Notes: a model not told the origin generated them from the letters alone. DNA of 64,000 nucleotides from Candidatus Micrarchaeota archaeon (GCA_021822165.1 JAKARM010000001.1:42443-106442); one strand, 5' to 3'; shown: positions 20,420 to 30,234, counted from the first letter of the stretch. Translations and numbers: made by a program.

Positions 20420-20761
20420 ATGGATCAGGACCAGGTTGAAAAGCTCTCGATAGCATATCAGAAACTCCAAGGGCAACTGCAGACATTATCGATGCAGAAG
20501 GAACAGTTTAACATCCAGAAGGAGGAGCTAAAGGAAGCGCATGCAGAGGTGGAAAAGGCGAAGGGGAAGGTGTATGTCACGATTGGGGGCATAATAGTGG
20601 AAACCGCAAAGGAAGAGGCGATTAAAAACATAGCGGACAAACAGGAGCTTTTAAGCCTGAGGCTGAATATCGTCACCAAACAGCACGAGGAAACGGCAAG
20701 GAAGGAGAAGGAACTGAGGGAGCAGATATCGGCCATGCTGAAAGAGCAGGGAAACCAATGA
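20420..20761 (+). CDS. pfdB: Prefoldin beta subunit
   Basis: 113 aa, two heptad coiled-coil arms flanking a central beta-hairpin region (KVYVTIGGIIVETAKEEAI). Confidence 0.75.
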   Translation: MDQDQVEKLSIAYQKLQGQLQTLSMQKEQFNIQKEELKEAHAEVEKAKGKVYVTIGGIIVETAKEEAIKNIADKQELLSLRLNIVTKQHEETARKEKELREQISAMLKEQGNQ

Positions 20762-20765
20762 TGGG

Positions 20766-21782
20766 ATGAAGAGGCTTGGCAGCATCAAGGAACTTCACGA
20801 ATTCATCATCGGAGAATCTAGAAAACGGACGCTTATCACGTTTCATTCGATGGGAGACATGGACTCCGTCTCCTCTGCCGTAGGGATAGCGAAATTCTTC
20901 CCAGAATCAAAGATATCTAGTTCTGACAGGATAACGGCAAACGCGAATAGGATAATAAATGACGTCGGGTATGACGAGTCCCTAATTGGGAACGGATTCG
21001 ATAGGGATGCCGAGCTCGTCATCCTTGTGGACGTCAACAATTTTGAAGGATGCGGAAAGTTCAAGGAAGAGCTGGAAAAGTTTAAGGGAGGGATACTCGT
21101 AATAGACCACCATGCAGAGACAGACCTTGCGGGCGGAAACATTGCCGTTTTTGACGACGAATCCTACGATTCGACAGCCAGCATAGTGTTTGAGCTCCTG
21201 AGGTTTGGGAAGGAAAACATCGATTATAAAACGGCAAAACTTCTGTTAATAGGGATAATATCGGATTCCGCGGAATTTAAGAACTCCACCCCAGGAACCT
21301 TTTCCAGGATATCCGAACTCCTTACGATGGCGAACATGGATTACGTATCCCTCCTGGAGGAGATAAACCACGTGGTTGAACCGGAAGAGCGGATATTGAC
21401 GATCGAAGATCTTGCCGGTGCCAAAAGGCAGATAGTCAACGGGCTGCTGCTGCTATACGGAAAGTCGCATGCCCATGCAAACATAGCCGCAGACTACGCC
21501 ATCAAGATAGGCGCCGACGTCTCGCTGTTTTGGTCGGAAAATAGGGAGGAAATAGCTTTTTCTGCAAGATTGCGGCCGCCGCTTGATAAAAGGAGAGACA
21601 TGCACATGGGAAAGGTCATGAAGTCGCTTGCGCAGATAATAGAGGGCAATGGCGGGGGGCACCCGTGCGCTGCCGGCGCTTACGGGAGGAAAAAGAGTTC
21701 AGAACAGGAATTCATCGAGGAATTCATATCGCGAATGGCGAACGCGCGGAAGTATGGCAGCCAGCAGCAAAATGGAGGATAG
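20766..21782 (+). CDS. DHH-family phosphoesterase (NrnA/RecJ-like)
   Basis: DHH motifs: HSMGDMDSVSSA, LVDVNN, VIDHH, and DHHA1 GGGHPCAAG. Confidence 0.8.
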   Translation: MKRLGSIKELHEFIIGESRKRTLITFHSMGDMDSVSSAVGIAKFFPESKISSSDRITANANRIINDVGYDESLIGNGFDRDAELVILVDVNNFEGCGKFKEELEKFKGGILVIDHHAETDLAGGNIAVFDDESYDSTASIVFELLRFGKENIDYKTAKLLLIGIISDSAEFKNSTPGTFSRISELLTMANMDYVSLLEEINHVVEPEERILTIEDLAGAKRQIVNGLLLLYGKSHAHANIAADYAIKIGADVSLFWSENREEIAFSARLRPPLDKRRDMHMGKVMKSLAQIIEGNGGGHPCAAGAYGRKKSSEQEFIEEFISRMANARKYGSQQQNGG

Positions 21783-21822
21783 TGAACAATCCCGCGCCCA
21801 TGAAAGGTATGGGATTTCCCGT

Positions 21823-22266
21823 TCATTTCGTCAACTCCTCCGAATTCCAGGTCGACGTCTGGGATTTCCTCCTCTTCGGGATATAGATATATTCATGGCC
21901 CCACGGGTCCTTGGATTTTACCTTGGTCGGGCGGGATTTCGTGTACTTGGATAATGAGAACTCGTCCTTCGGCGTCTCAATGGTCTGCATCGGGCCCTGC
22001 TTGGGATAGTACTGGGGTTCGGTTTCGGTTTTTTCGATTGTTATGCAGGACACGGGGCACTCCTCAGGGCATATCATGCAGCCGATGCACTTGGACACCT
22101 GTATAGGATATTCCGTCATGTCGGCCGTAAAATCTGTGCTTAGGCGCGTGTCTTCCACTTTCTTGTGGAACGGTCTGGTGAAATCGAGCGTATTAACGGG
22201 GCAGACATCGCCGCAGATGCCGCACTGGATGCACTTGCCATTATCGAAAGTGAACTTGTACGGCAC
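21823..22266 (-). CDS. 2x[4Fe-4S] ferredoxin with about 70-aa C-terminal extension
   Basis: CIQCGICGDVCP and CIGCMICPEECP motifs; 8 nt downstream of the 320-aa membrane protein gene, co-directional with nuoH-N. Confidence 0.85.
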   Translation of the reverse strand: MPYKFTFDNGKCIQCGICGDVCPVNTLDFTRPFHKKVEDTRLSTDFTADMTEYPIQVSKCIGCMICPEECPVSCITIEKTETEPQYYPKQGPMQTIETPKDEFSLSKYTKSRPTKVKSKDPWGHEYIYIPKRRKSQTSTWNSEELTK

Positions 22267-22274
22267 TTATCTCA

Positions 22275-23237
22275 CTATGATTTTTCAGTTTCATCCTGTC
22301 CTTGAGCGCCTGCCTTCCCTGCCTTGTTCTGGGGCTTGCCGATGACACGTTGCTTGCCGCCTTTGCCCTTGGGCTTTTTACCCCCGTTTTCTATGCGCTC
22401 TATCCTTTGGACGAGATCGTGGATCAGGCTATTATGCGCTGCATTTTCATTGCCCTTCCTTGAAAGGGAAGCTGGCGGAGGGGTCGACTGAGGGAATGGA
22501 AGCTGCACGGTCTGGAGCGGTTGGGATTGCTGTGGATTGGCCGTTTCCTTGATGGTTGGATTGGGCTTTGGCTCAGAAAACTTCCCGGCACCATCCATGA
22601 ACGAATACACTGTGACGATAAGTCCGCACAGGGCAAGAACCCCTATCCCGACGTAGAAGGTATATATGGAAAGCGCAGGGTTGTTCATCGAATTGAAGTT
22701 TAGGTTGAAAAAGCCCCATATATTGCTAGCCGCAACCGACACTGTCGGCGGAAGCACGGCAAGCTGGACTGCGCTCTCCGTTACGAATATCGTACCTATG
22801 GCATAGAGCGACGTCCCGATTATGACAAAGACGGTGAGTAAATTGTTATAGAACCTGTCTTCGTCGGTATCCTTCAGCAGCATGAGCACAAGGGCCATGG
22901 CGAAGAAATCGATGGCTATCGGCTGGAACGGAACGGCAATCGCGAAGTCCTGGTATGTGCCCGGCCAAAAGAGCATGAACCCCATCAGCACGACCAAGAA
23001 TATGCTTGCATCCCGTATCAGGACAAACAGGAGCCACCAGATGTCTGCGGCAAGCCTCAAGGTGAATTTCCTTAGTATCCTGAGGAAGTACTTCCTCGCC
23101 ACCTGGACCGAGAGCGCAAGAAGCATTATCAGCAGTATGGTATTTGCTATGGTGGTTTCCGAATACGTTGCAAGAGCCGTGACATAGACAGACCCCGGGG
23201 CCTGAAGCACAATAGGAATCATAAATATCACTAACAT
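22275..23237 (-). CDS. Membrane protein of unknown function with disordered P/Q/K/G-rich C-terminal tail
   Basis: About 6 hydrophobic helices, then PKPNPTIKETANPQQSQPLQ ... GGKKPKGKGGKQ tail; 50 nt downstream of nuoN on the same strand. Confidence 0.55.
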   Translation of the reverse strand: MLVIFMIPIVLQAPGSVYVTALATYSETTIANTILLIMLLALSVQVARKYFLRILRKFTLRLAADIWWLLFVLIRDASIFLVVLMGFMLFWPGTYQDFAIAVPFQPIAIDFFAMALVLMLLKDTDEDRFYNNLLTVFVIIGTSLYAIGTIFVTESAVQLAVLPPTVSVAASNIWGFFNLNFNSMNNPALSIYTFYVGIGVLALCGLIVTVYSFMDGAGKFSEPKPNPTIKETANPQQSQPLQTVQLPFPQSTPPPASLSRKGNENAAHNSLIHDLVQRIERIENGGKKPKGKGGKQRVIGKPQNKAGKAGAQGQDETEKS

Positions 23238-23287
23238 CTACATGATTGATTAAAAGCTTTTAAACCTTTGTGAGAGGCATGGCTCAT

Positions 23288-24694
23288 TCATACCAAAGCC
23301 AGGAGAGACCTGCTAGCCTCTCCCGCAAGGGAGATTAGGGGCTGGGGGTATATGCCGACTATGACTACCATGAACAGCGCCACGGCAACCGAGAAAGCCA
23401 CGCTGCGGGTCAATCTAAGCTTCTCCTTATGCCTCTCGGAGTATACCGATGAGATAACCTTCCAATAATAGTACATCGATATGAAGCTGTTTATAACCCC
23501 GAAGAATGCAAGCGGGAGCATGCCCGCATAGGCCGCGCTGGTGAACAGGAGAAATTTACCGTCGAAACCTATGAGCGGGGGGATGCCGGCCATCGACAGC
23601 ATAAAGAGGGTAAGGGAGAGGGAGGCTATCCAGTTCCTCGATGCCAGCCCCGCATAATCCCCTACCGTTTTTATGTTGCGGGACTCGAGCCATGCAACTA
23701 TTGAGAATGCTCCCACGACCATGAACGCGTGGGCGAATATCTGGAATATCGAAGATTCTATACCGTACTGGGTAGCCACCGCTATGCCCACCATTATGTA
23801 ACCTGCCTGCGATATCGATGAGTATGCAAGCATCCTCTTCACGTTGTCCTGCACCAGTGCGAGGAGGTTGCCGAACAGCATCGTAGCCGCCGAAAGCGCC
23901 ACGAACAGCAGAGGGAAAAGATGGACATAATAGCCAAACGTTATGAAAAGGATGCTGATCATCGCTACGAACGCGACCTTCTTGTTTATCCCGGCAAGCA
24001 TGGGAGTCATATACCCGGGGGAGCCCTCATAGACGTCAGGTATCCATAGGTTGAACGGGAATATCCCTGCTTCGAATGAGAGGGAGGCAGCGATGAGGAA
24101 CAATGAAAGGGAGATGAGGTATTTGCCGGCGCCGGGCAGGCCGGGTATCGCAGCAAGGGAAAGCGCCGGATCGTAAGGCAGGAGAAGGGCGATGGCAAAG
24201 GCGAATACTGCCGCAGCCACAGAGCCCATAAGGAAGAGCTTTATCGCTGCCTCGACATGGTGCCTGTGCTCTATGATTATCATAAAGGCTGTTGCTATCA
24301 TCATCGCCTCTATGCCCAGGAAAATCGCGAGGAGGGAGGATGCGAATACCACGGCGAACATGCCCAACGAGGCGAATCCGAATAGGGAGAGGAAAGCGTT
24401 ATAGTCTCCGGAAGCCCCGAACGCCTGTATATTGACCAGGAGGAGAAGGGATGCGATAAGCATCCCGAACAGGTCGGAGAAGGGATAGACCCTGAAGATG
24501 TTCAGGAAAACCGTGTTGGAGCCGGAGAGGAAAAGGAAGTATGAGGCTAATACCACGGCAATCAGCGCTGCCGAGGACAATGCGAATAGGACTTTCCTGC
24601 CATTGTAGAGCTTGGCGACCGCGGATACAAGGACGATGATAAATATAGATCCTGCAAGGATCGAATAGGGCAATGCGGATATATCGTAAGCCAT
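23288..24694 (-). CDS. nuoN: Complex I-like subunit N (antiporter-like)
   Basis: About 14 TM helices, Mrp/antiporter-like proton-pumping family pattern (LAYSSISQAGY), last gene of the H-N series. Confidence 0.85.
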   Translation of the reverse strand: MAYDISALPYSILAGSIFIIVLVSAVAKLYNGRKVLFALSSAALIAVVLASYFLFLSGSNTVFLNIFRVYPFSDLFGMLIASLLLLVNIQAFGASGDYNAFLSLFGFASLGMFAVVFASSLLAIFLGIEAMMIATAFMIIIEHRHHVEAAIKLFLMGSVAAAVFAFAIALLLPYDPALSLAAIPGLPGAGKYLISLSLFLIAASLSFEAGIFPFNLWIPDVYEGSPGYMTPMLAGINKKVAFVAMISILFITFGYYVHLFPLLFVALSAATMLFGNLLALVQDNVKRMLAYSSISQAGYIMVGIAVATQYGIESSIFQIFAHAFMVVGAFSIVAWLESRNIKTVGDYAGLASRNWIASLSLTLFMLSMAGIPPLIGFDGKFLLFTSAAYAGMLPLAFFGVINSFISMYYYWKVISSVYSERHKEKLRLTRSVAFSVAVALFMVVIVGIYPQPLISLAGEASRSLLALV

Positions 24695-24698
24695 GGTC

Positions 24699-26102
24699 TC
24701 ATCCCTTAAGTATCTTTATTATGACGAACGGGAACACCCCGAATGCGAATATCGCTAGGAGCAACAGCGCTATGCCGATTTTCTGTTTCAGCCCCGGAGG
24801 ATTCAGGACCGGCAGCGGGTTCTTGGAATTCATTATGGACCTATCGATTACAAGATATAAATACCACCCCATCACCGCTATCGTGAAAATGGGAAGGAGG
24901 GAATAGATCCCGAACGCGCCCAGAGATCCCAGGAATATCAGGATGTCTGCCACGAATGTCGCAGTCAGGGGTATCCCGGTTGTTGCAAAAACGCCTATGA
25001 TGAAGGCATAGGATAACGTTTTAGACCCGGACAGCGCCCCCCGCAGTTTCGAGATGTCGCGTTCGCCGAAGACGTAGTGGAGCACCCCGACCACCAGGAA
25101 CAGGAGGGCGATGGTGACCCCGTGGGAAAGCATGGCATAGACTGCGCCAAAGGTCCCGAACTGGTTCAACGTGCTGACCCCCAGCATTATGATCCCCATC
25201 TCCACGATGGTAGAATATGCGATGACCCTCTTTATGTCCGTCTGTTTCAGGAGCAGGAAGGCGGCATAGAACGCGGAGAAGGAGGCGGCAACCGCCGTAT
25301 CGAGCGCATATGCATGCGCTATCGGGAGCATGCCGAAAAGGAGAAGCATGCCGAACCCGCCGAACTTGGTAAGCACCCCGGAGAGGAGCATTGATCCCTG
25401 CGTCGATGCCTCGGTATGCGCATCTGGAAGCCACGCATGCATGGGGAAGAGTGGCATGTTGGTCATGAAAGCCACGAAAAGGGAGAGGAAGATGGCCGCC
25501 TGGTAAGGCAGCGGGATAGAGGATGCGTTAGCGGTTATATATCCAATGTCCAGGGAATGCGTGGTCATGTATAGCAGGATTATCCCGAAAAACAGCATTG
25601 CGCTGGCGAATATCTCATACATGAGGAACTTGTACGATGCCTTTTTCCTGTTCGAGGAACCGAGGCGGTTTATCATAAAGAAGAGGGCTATGACGCCGAT
25701 GTCCCAGAATATGAAGAAGGCAAAGAGGTTCCTTGCGGTGAAAATTCCGACGGCTGCGAGCTGGAAAAGAAGGATGAGGGTTCCTGCAGTGCCCTCTTTC
25801 TCGGCCTCTGGGTTGCCAGATAATGCTGTGGCAAAAAGAACTATTGACGCCATAAGCAGGAGCACTACTGAGAAGGGGGTTGCCGCAAACTTCAGGTTTA
25901 TTCCCAATGCCGATATGTACCCATACGTTTCCGACGGCGCAAAATTCCCGAAAAACGTAGATGCTGCAAGATACAGTGAAAGAACCATCGTTGCAAGGGT
26001 CGACGATATTGATAGCCGCTTCCCGAAGCGCCCGCCCGTCAGGACTGACGCCAACAATGCGACGGCAGGTATGCCGATGATGATTGCAAACAACGGAAAC
26101 AT
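24699..26102 (-). CDS. nuoM: Complex I-like subunit M (antiporter-like)
   Basis: WLPDAHTEASTQGSMLLSGVLTKFGG and IAYSTIVEMG motifs; ATG 26102 (MFPLFAII) avoids the overlap created by the listed start 26129. Confidence 0.85.
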   Translation of the reverse strand: MFPLFAIIIGIPAVALLASVLTGGRFGKRLSISSTLATMVLSLYLAASTFFGNFAPSETYGYISALGINLKFAATPFSVVLLLMASIVLFATALSGNPEAEKEGTAGTLILLFQLAAVGIFTARNLFAFFIFWDIGVIALFFMINRLGSSNRKKASYKFLMYEIFASAMLFFGIILLYMTTHSLDIGYITANASSIPLPYQAAIFLSLFVAFMTNMPLFPMHAWLPDAHTEASTQGSMLLSGVLTKFGGFGMLLLFGMLPIAHAYALDTAVAASFSAFYAAFLLLKQTDIKRVIAYSTIVEMGIIMLGVSTLNQFGTFGAVYAMLSHGVTIALLFLVVGVLHYVFGERDISKLRGALSGSKTLSYAFIIGVFATTGIPLTATFVADILIFLGSLGAFGIYSLLPIFTIAVMGWYLYLVIDRSIMNSKNPLPVLNPPGLKQKIGIALLLLAIFAFGVFPFVIIKILKG

Positions 26103-26106
26103 TCTA

Positions 26107-27879
26107 TCACAGGTAAAATATGGCGACAATGGCGATCATGCCGACCACCATTGCTATTATGTAGACATTTGTCTGGCCATCCTCCGCCCTCCTCAACAGG
26201 TAGGCTGCCTTTATCGATAGCCCGGTGGCATAGCCTACAGCACTGCCCAATAGGCCATCGAATGCAGAGACTGCGGCCGCCGCTGAGAAAAGAATCCGGA
26301 CCAAGAGCATATAGAACATGTTTATGTAGGGACTCGAATATGCGACCCTGTTGAAAAACCCGTTGGCTGTTTTTGCCCTTGCTCTTGCCGGGACATTCCT
26401 TCGATATAGGAAATTTGCGAGGTAGCCGCCTGCGGCTATCGTGGCCGTAACGGCAACCCATTCTCCAAAACTTATCGCGACGGGATGAAATCCGAGATAG
26501 CCGGGAAGATAGAGGTATGTCAATGAGGAAAGAGCGGCGAAGATGGCCAGCAATAGAACAGGGGATAACATTGACAGAGGAATTGTCTTATAACCTATCC
26601 CCACATCTGTTTCTGAGACGTTAGGAGTCCTATGCAGGGGAATGAAGAACCAGCGGAATATGTATATGACGCTTACGAACTGCACAACCAGCAGCAGGGC
26701 ATACATCGGCAGGGTGTTAGAGGATGCATCCACTGCCGCCTTCCCGAAGAACCCTCCAAGGGGGAATAAAGCGGCGAGCGAAAGGACGCCGACAAGTGTC
26801 GCACCCATCAGCAGCTTTCCCGACCCGTCCCAGTAAATGGAGGTTATGTCTGTCCTGCCGTCATTTGCCTCCATCATTATCCCTGAGCTCATGAAGAGCA
26901 GTGCCTTATAGAACGTCTGCACTACGAAAAGGAGCAGTGCAGCCACAACCGAACCGAGACCTATAGCCACGAACATGAGGCCGAGATCCTCCATGGTGGA
27001 GTAGGCCAGTATCCTCTTTATGTGCTTCTCGGAAAGCGCGTTTAGGGCACCTATGATCGCCGTTGCGCTCCCGGCAACAAGGAAGAGGCCGAGCAGGGAT
27101 GCCTCCTTATACAGAGGAAACAGCACGAGGACAAGGAATACCCCTGCCTTCACCATTGTCGACGAATGGAGGAATGCCGATACGGGAGTCGGCCCTTCCA
27201 TAGCATCAGCGAGCCATTCGTTTAGCGGGAACTGGGCGGATTTTGTGAATGCTGCGACAGATATGAGGACGAGCGCGGCGTAAAGGGCTGGGGATGCTGG
27301 GGCATGGAGTACCACGGAGAAATCCAGGCTGTTGTAAGCGTGAAAAATCAAAATAAGGGCGGAGAGCATCGCCAGGTCCCCTGCAAGTATGGTCGTTATC
27401 GCCTTCCTTGCCGCCTGCGATGCGCTTTCCTTCCAGTACCAGAACCCTATCAGGAGATAGCTGGTTATCCCAAGCATCTCCCATGCAACCATCAGCGTAA
27501 GGAAGCTTGCGGAGATGGCGAAGAGCATCATCGACGCGGCGAAGAGGCAGATCAGAAAGTAATACCTTGGCTGTTCGCTGGAAACCTTCATGTACCCCGA
27601 AGAATATACCAATATAAGGGGGGTCATCAACGCGACAATGACAAGCAGGAGCAGGTTCAACGGGGCCGTGGACGTAACGAAGTTGGCAGTGGCGCCCCCG
27701 AGGGAGAACCATGTCATGCTGTTGACTACGCCAGGGTACAAAGCCATGTATAGCACGACCGCCAACGAGGCGATGCTGGAGGCAATGGCGACATGCTTCA
27801 CATATGTCGCCTTCCGGGCCATCGCAAGCGAGATAAATGCACCGGCAAGCAAAGGCACAATTGCGAATATCGGAATCAT
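26107..27879 (-). CDS. nuoL: Complex I-like subunit L (antiporter-like, long)
   Basis: WLADAMEGPTPVSAFLHSSTMVKAGVF, ILAYSTMEDLG motifs, C-terminal lateral-helix extension; ATG 27879 (MIPIFAIV) abuts the nuoK stop. Confidence 0.88.
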   Translation of the reverse strand: MIPIFAIVPLLAGAFISLAMARKATYVKHVAIASSIASLAVVLYMALYPGVVNSMTWFSLGGATANFVTSTAPLNLLLLVIVALMTPLILVYSSGYMKVSSEQPRYYFLICLFAASMMLFAISASFLTLMVAWEMLGITSYLLIGFWYWKESASQAARKAITTILAGDLAMLSALILIFHAYNSLDFSVVLHAPASPALYAALVLISVAAFTKSAQFPLNEWLADAMEGPTPVSAFLHSSTMVKAGVFLVLVLFPLYKEASLLGLFLVAGSATAIIGALNALSEKHIKRILAYSTMEDLGLMFVAIGLGSVVAALLLFVVQTFYKALLFMSSGIMMEANDGRTDITSIYWDGSGKLLMGATLVGVLSLAALFPLGGFFGKAAVDASSNTLPMYALLLVVQFVSVIYIFRWFFIPLHRTPNVSETDVGIGYKTIPLSMLSPVLLLAIFAALSSLTYLYLPGYLGFHPVAISFGEWVAVTATIAAGGYLANFLYRRNVPARARAKTANGFFNRVAYSSPYINMFYMLLVRILFSAAAAVSAFDGLLGSAVGYATGLSIKAAYLLRRAEDGQTNVYIIAMVVGMIAIVAIFYL

Positions 27880-27880
27880 T

Positions 27881-28180
27881 TCAACCCCTAAACCTCGACA
27901 GCTTCGATACGTCAAGGCTTACCTCTTCCTTTACCATATATCTGTAGAACGCTATCAACGCCATCACCTCGGCAGCCGCAATCCCCCAGATCGAGAACAG
28001 GAGGGGGATGGCATAGCTGCTTCCGGAGACATCGAAAAATAGGACGGCGAGGAGCGCGGCGGCCGAAAGGGCGACCTCGACGAAAACCACCATCACAAGG
28101 AAGTGCCTTGTCGATGCCACGCCGGCTATGCCGATAGAGAAGACCGCGAAGGCCAATGCCAGCATATAGAGTTGAATCAT
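27881..28180 (-). CDS. nuoK: Complex I-like subunit K
   Basis: 99 aa, 3 TM helices with conserved membrane Glu residues (FVEVAL, AAAEVMAL). Confidence 0.85.
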   Translation of the reverse strand: MIQLYMLALAFAVFSIGIAGVASTRHFLVMVVFVEVALSAAALLAVLFFDVSGSSYAIPLLFSIWGIAAAEVMALIAFYRYMVKEEVSLDVSKLSRFRG

Positions 28181-28656
28181 CGCATCGCCTTCTTGAAAAG
28201 AACTATGGAACCTATCGAGATCCCGAAGAGGAGGGTTGCCAGGAGGTAGAAGGGGGCTATCCCGGACTCCATCGCCGCCTCGGTCGCACTGGCGGTCAGG
28301 GGAGTGAGGGGGAAGCTGCCGCCGAAAGCCCCGGAAGAGACCACAGGATAGAACAGCATGCCGAAAAGGACGAGGGAGAGGATGGCGCCGGCAAGCACAT
28401 TGGAATGCTTGAAGCGGGATACGACTGCAGACGCTGAACCAACCATGAGGTAGGTCGACACCCCCCCGACCATTATGAACACCTGGACTACAGCAAGCAG
28501 CGGCTGCCCGAGTATCAGGTATACCGCGGAGAGCGAAAGGAAAAGGAAGGCGAGGGCTATTGCGACATGCATGATGTCCTTAAAGTAGAATATGAGGGAG
28601 GCAAATGCCACAGAGGCAAGGGCCCACAGAGCAAATACGACGATATCCAGCGCCAT
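28177..28656 (-). CDS. nuoJ: Complex I-like subunit J
   Basis: 159 aa, 5 TM helices, position between nuoI and nuoK, ATGA overlap with nuoK. Confidence 0.8.
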   Translation of the reverse strand: MALDIVVFALWALASVAFASLIFYFKDIMHVAIALAFLFLSLSAVYLILGQPLLAVVQVFIMVGGVSTYLMVGSASAVVSRFKHSNVLAGAILSLVLFGMLFYPVVSSGAFGGSFPLTPLTASATEAAMESGIAPFYLLATLLFGISIGSIVLFKKAMR

Positions 28657-28676
28657 TCAGCATCACATAACTGATT

Positions 28677-29039
28677 CTATTCCTGGTCCTCAGGGCGCAA
28701 TATGAACTCCCTGCGGTCATATTTCTCATAATCATAGTCCTTGGTGAGTATGAGGCAGTCCGTCGGGCAGACCTCCTCGCAGAAGGCGCAGAAAAGGCAC
28801 CTCTCCAGATGTATCTCCGGCATCTTCTTTGTCCCTTTCTGCGTCTCCGTGTCCACCATATCTATGCATTGGTTCGGGCATATGTGGGCGCATGCGGCAC
28901 AGCTTATGCAGGTGCTTATGTCGAGCTTGTGTATGCCGCGGTAGTTGTCGGGCTGGCTCTCCCGCGATTCCGGAAAATCCATAGTGAAGGGTTCCGACAG
29001 CATCTGCTTTACCGCGCTTGCGATGGACTTGAACACCAT
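28677..29039 (-). CDS. nuoI: Complex I-like subunit I (2x[4Fe-4S])
   Basis: CISCAACAHICP and CLFCAFCEEVCP motifs, 120 aa. Confidence 0.9.
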   Translation of the reverse strand: MVFKSIASAVKQMLSEPFTMDFPESRESQPDNYRGIHKLDISTCISCAACAHICPNQCIDMVDTETQKGTKKMPEIHLERCLFCAFCEEVCPTDCLILTKDYDYEKYDRREFILRPEDQE

Positions 29040-29057
29040 AGTGACCCCTGCCGATAG

Positions 29058-29084
29058 TAAATCCTTTCGGTGGCAAAGGATTTA
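29058..29084. other. Perfect 10-bp hairpin in the nuoH-nuoI spacer
   Basis: TAAATCCTTT-cggtggc-AAAGGATTTA; not followed by a T-run on the transcribed (minus) strand. Confidence 0.5.
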
Positions 29085-29146
29085 TATCTTGCCCAATTGA
29101 ACCGCTGGGGAATTGGCAGACCCTGCACAGCTGTCAGATGTGAGGG

Positions 29147-30193
29147 CTATTTGACAAAGAGGAAAAAGTACGCCATGAAGTTCAGTATGGCCAATGGAAG
29201 GAGATAGCCCCACCCCAGCTTCAGCAGTTTGTCCAGGCGCATCCTGACTGTCGAGGCACGGATCACCACCACCAACAGCGCCACGAACACCACCTTCAGC
29301 GCAATCCATGCGAATGGCGGAAGGAAAGGACCATTCCACCCCCCGAGGAATAACAGGGAGATAAGGAGCGAACCGACGAACACCCGCATATAGTCGAGAA
29401 GCAGGGCGATGGCGTAGTAGGGGGAACCCATGTCGGTCATCCACCCTGCTATGAGCTCGCTGTCTGCTTCCCTTATGTCGAAGGGGGGGCGCTCCAGTTC
29501 CGCCAGCATCACTATGAAGAATATCAGGAAGCCGACAGGCATGAGGGCTGCAAACCATACGCTTTTCTGCGCCCCGACTATCGAAAAGAAGCTGAAGCTG
29601 TGGGACACCATGGCGATCGTGGCTATGACTATTATCAATGGAATCTCATAGCTCAGCAGCATCACTATGGACCTCTGGGAGCTTATGAACCCGAACTTGT
29701 TTCCGCTAGACCATCCGGCGAGCAGTACCATGAGGGGGGTGAAGGAGAGGAGCAGGAATACCACCACGAGGCCGATGCTGGAGCCGATGCCCACGAAGAA
29801 GGAGTTGAAGGGTATCAAGACGAGCATGAGGAAGAATACGGAAACGAGCAGGGGGAGGATGGACTTGAATATTGCGGTATCCGAACGCGCCAGGTGTATG
29901 TCTTCCTTAGAAAGGAGCTTTACAAGGTCCGCCAGGTTCTGGAAAAAGCCGTACTTCCCGACATAAGTGGGACCCCTTCTCGCCTGTATGCGCGCGATCA
30001 GCTTTCGTTCGACCCACCCGAAGGTGTATGCGAACGCCGAAAGGACAACCGAGAGTATGACGGTGAATACCAGGAGGGATATAAGGAGGGAGAGCGGACC
30101 GACCAACGAGCCCTGTAGGTAGGGAGATAATACCGAACTTACATATGCATAATACTGCTCTATGGACGGGGAGGAGAACTGAAGCATTACCAC
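29147..30193 (-). CDS. nuoH: Complex I-like subunit H
   Basis: 8 TM helices, GWVERKLIARIQARRGP and AELERPPFDIREADSELIAGW motifs; AT-rich TATA-like spacer (30194-30234) upstream. Confidence 0.9.
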   Translation of the reverse strand: MVMLQFSSPSIEQYYAYVSSVLSPYLQGSLVGPLSLLISLLVFTVILSVVLSAFAYTFGWVERKLIARIQARRGPTYVGKYGFFQNLADLVKLLSKEDIHLARSDTAIFKSILPLLVSVFFLMLVLIPFNSFFVGIGSSIGLVVVFLLLSFTPLMVLLAGWSSGNKFGFISSQRSIVMLLSYEIPLIIVIATIAMVSHSFSFFSIVGAQKSVWFAALMPVGFLIFFIVMLAELERPPFDIREADSELIAGWMTDMGSPYYAIALLLDYMRVFVGSLLISLLFLGGWNGPFLPPFAWIALKVVFVALLVVVIRASTVRMRLDKLLKLGWGYLLPLAILNFMAYFFLFVK

Positions 30194-30234
30194 AACCGAT
30201 ATAGATTCACTAGCAATAATATTATAGTTTTATC

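Noticed and set aside
17998-30193. Absence of nuoE, nuoF and nuoG as an anomaly
   Set aside because: The 11-subunit form without the NADH-dehydrogenase module is the normal archaeal state. It is discussed only as context for the appended ferredoxin.
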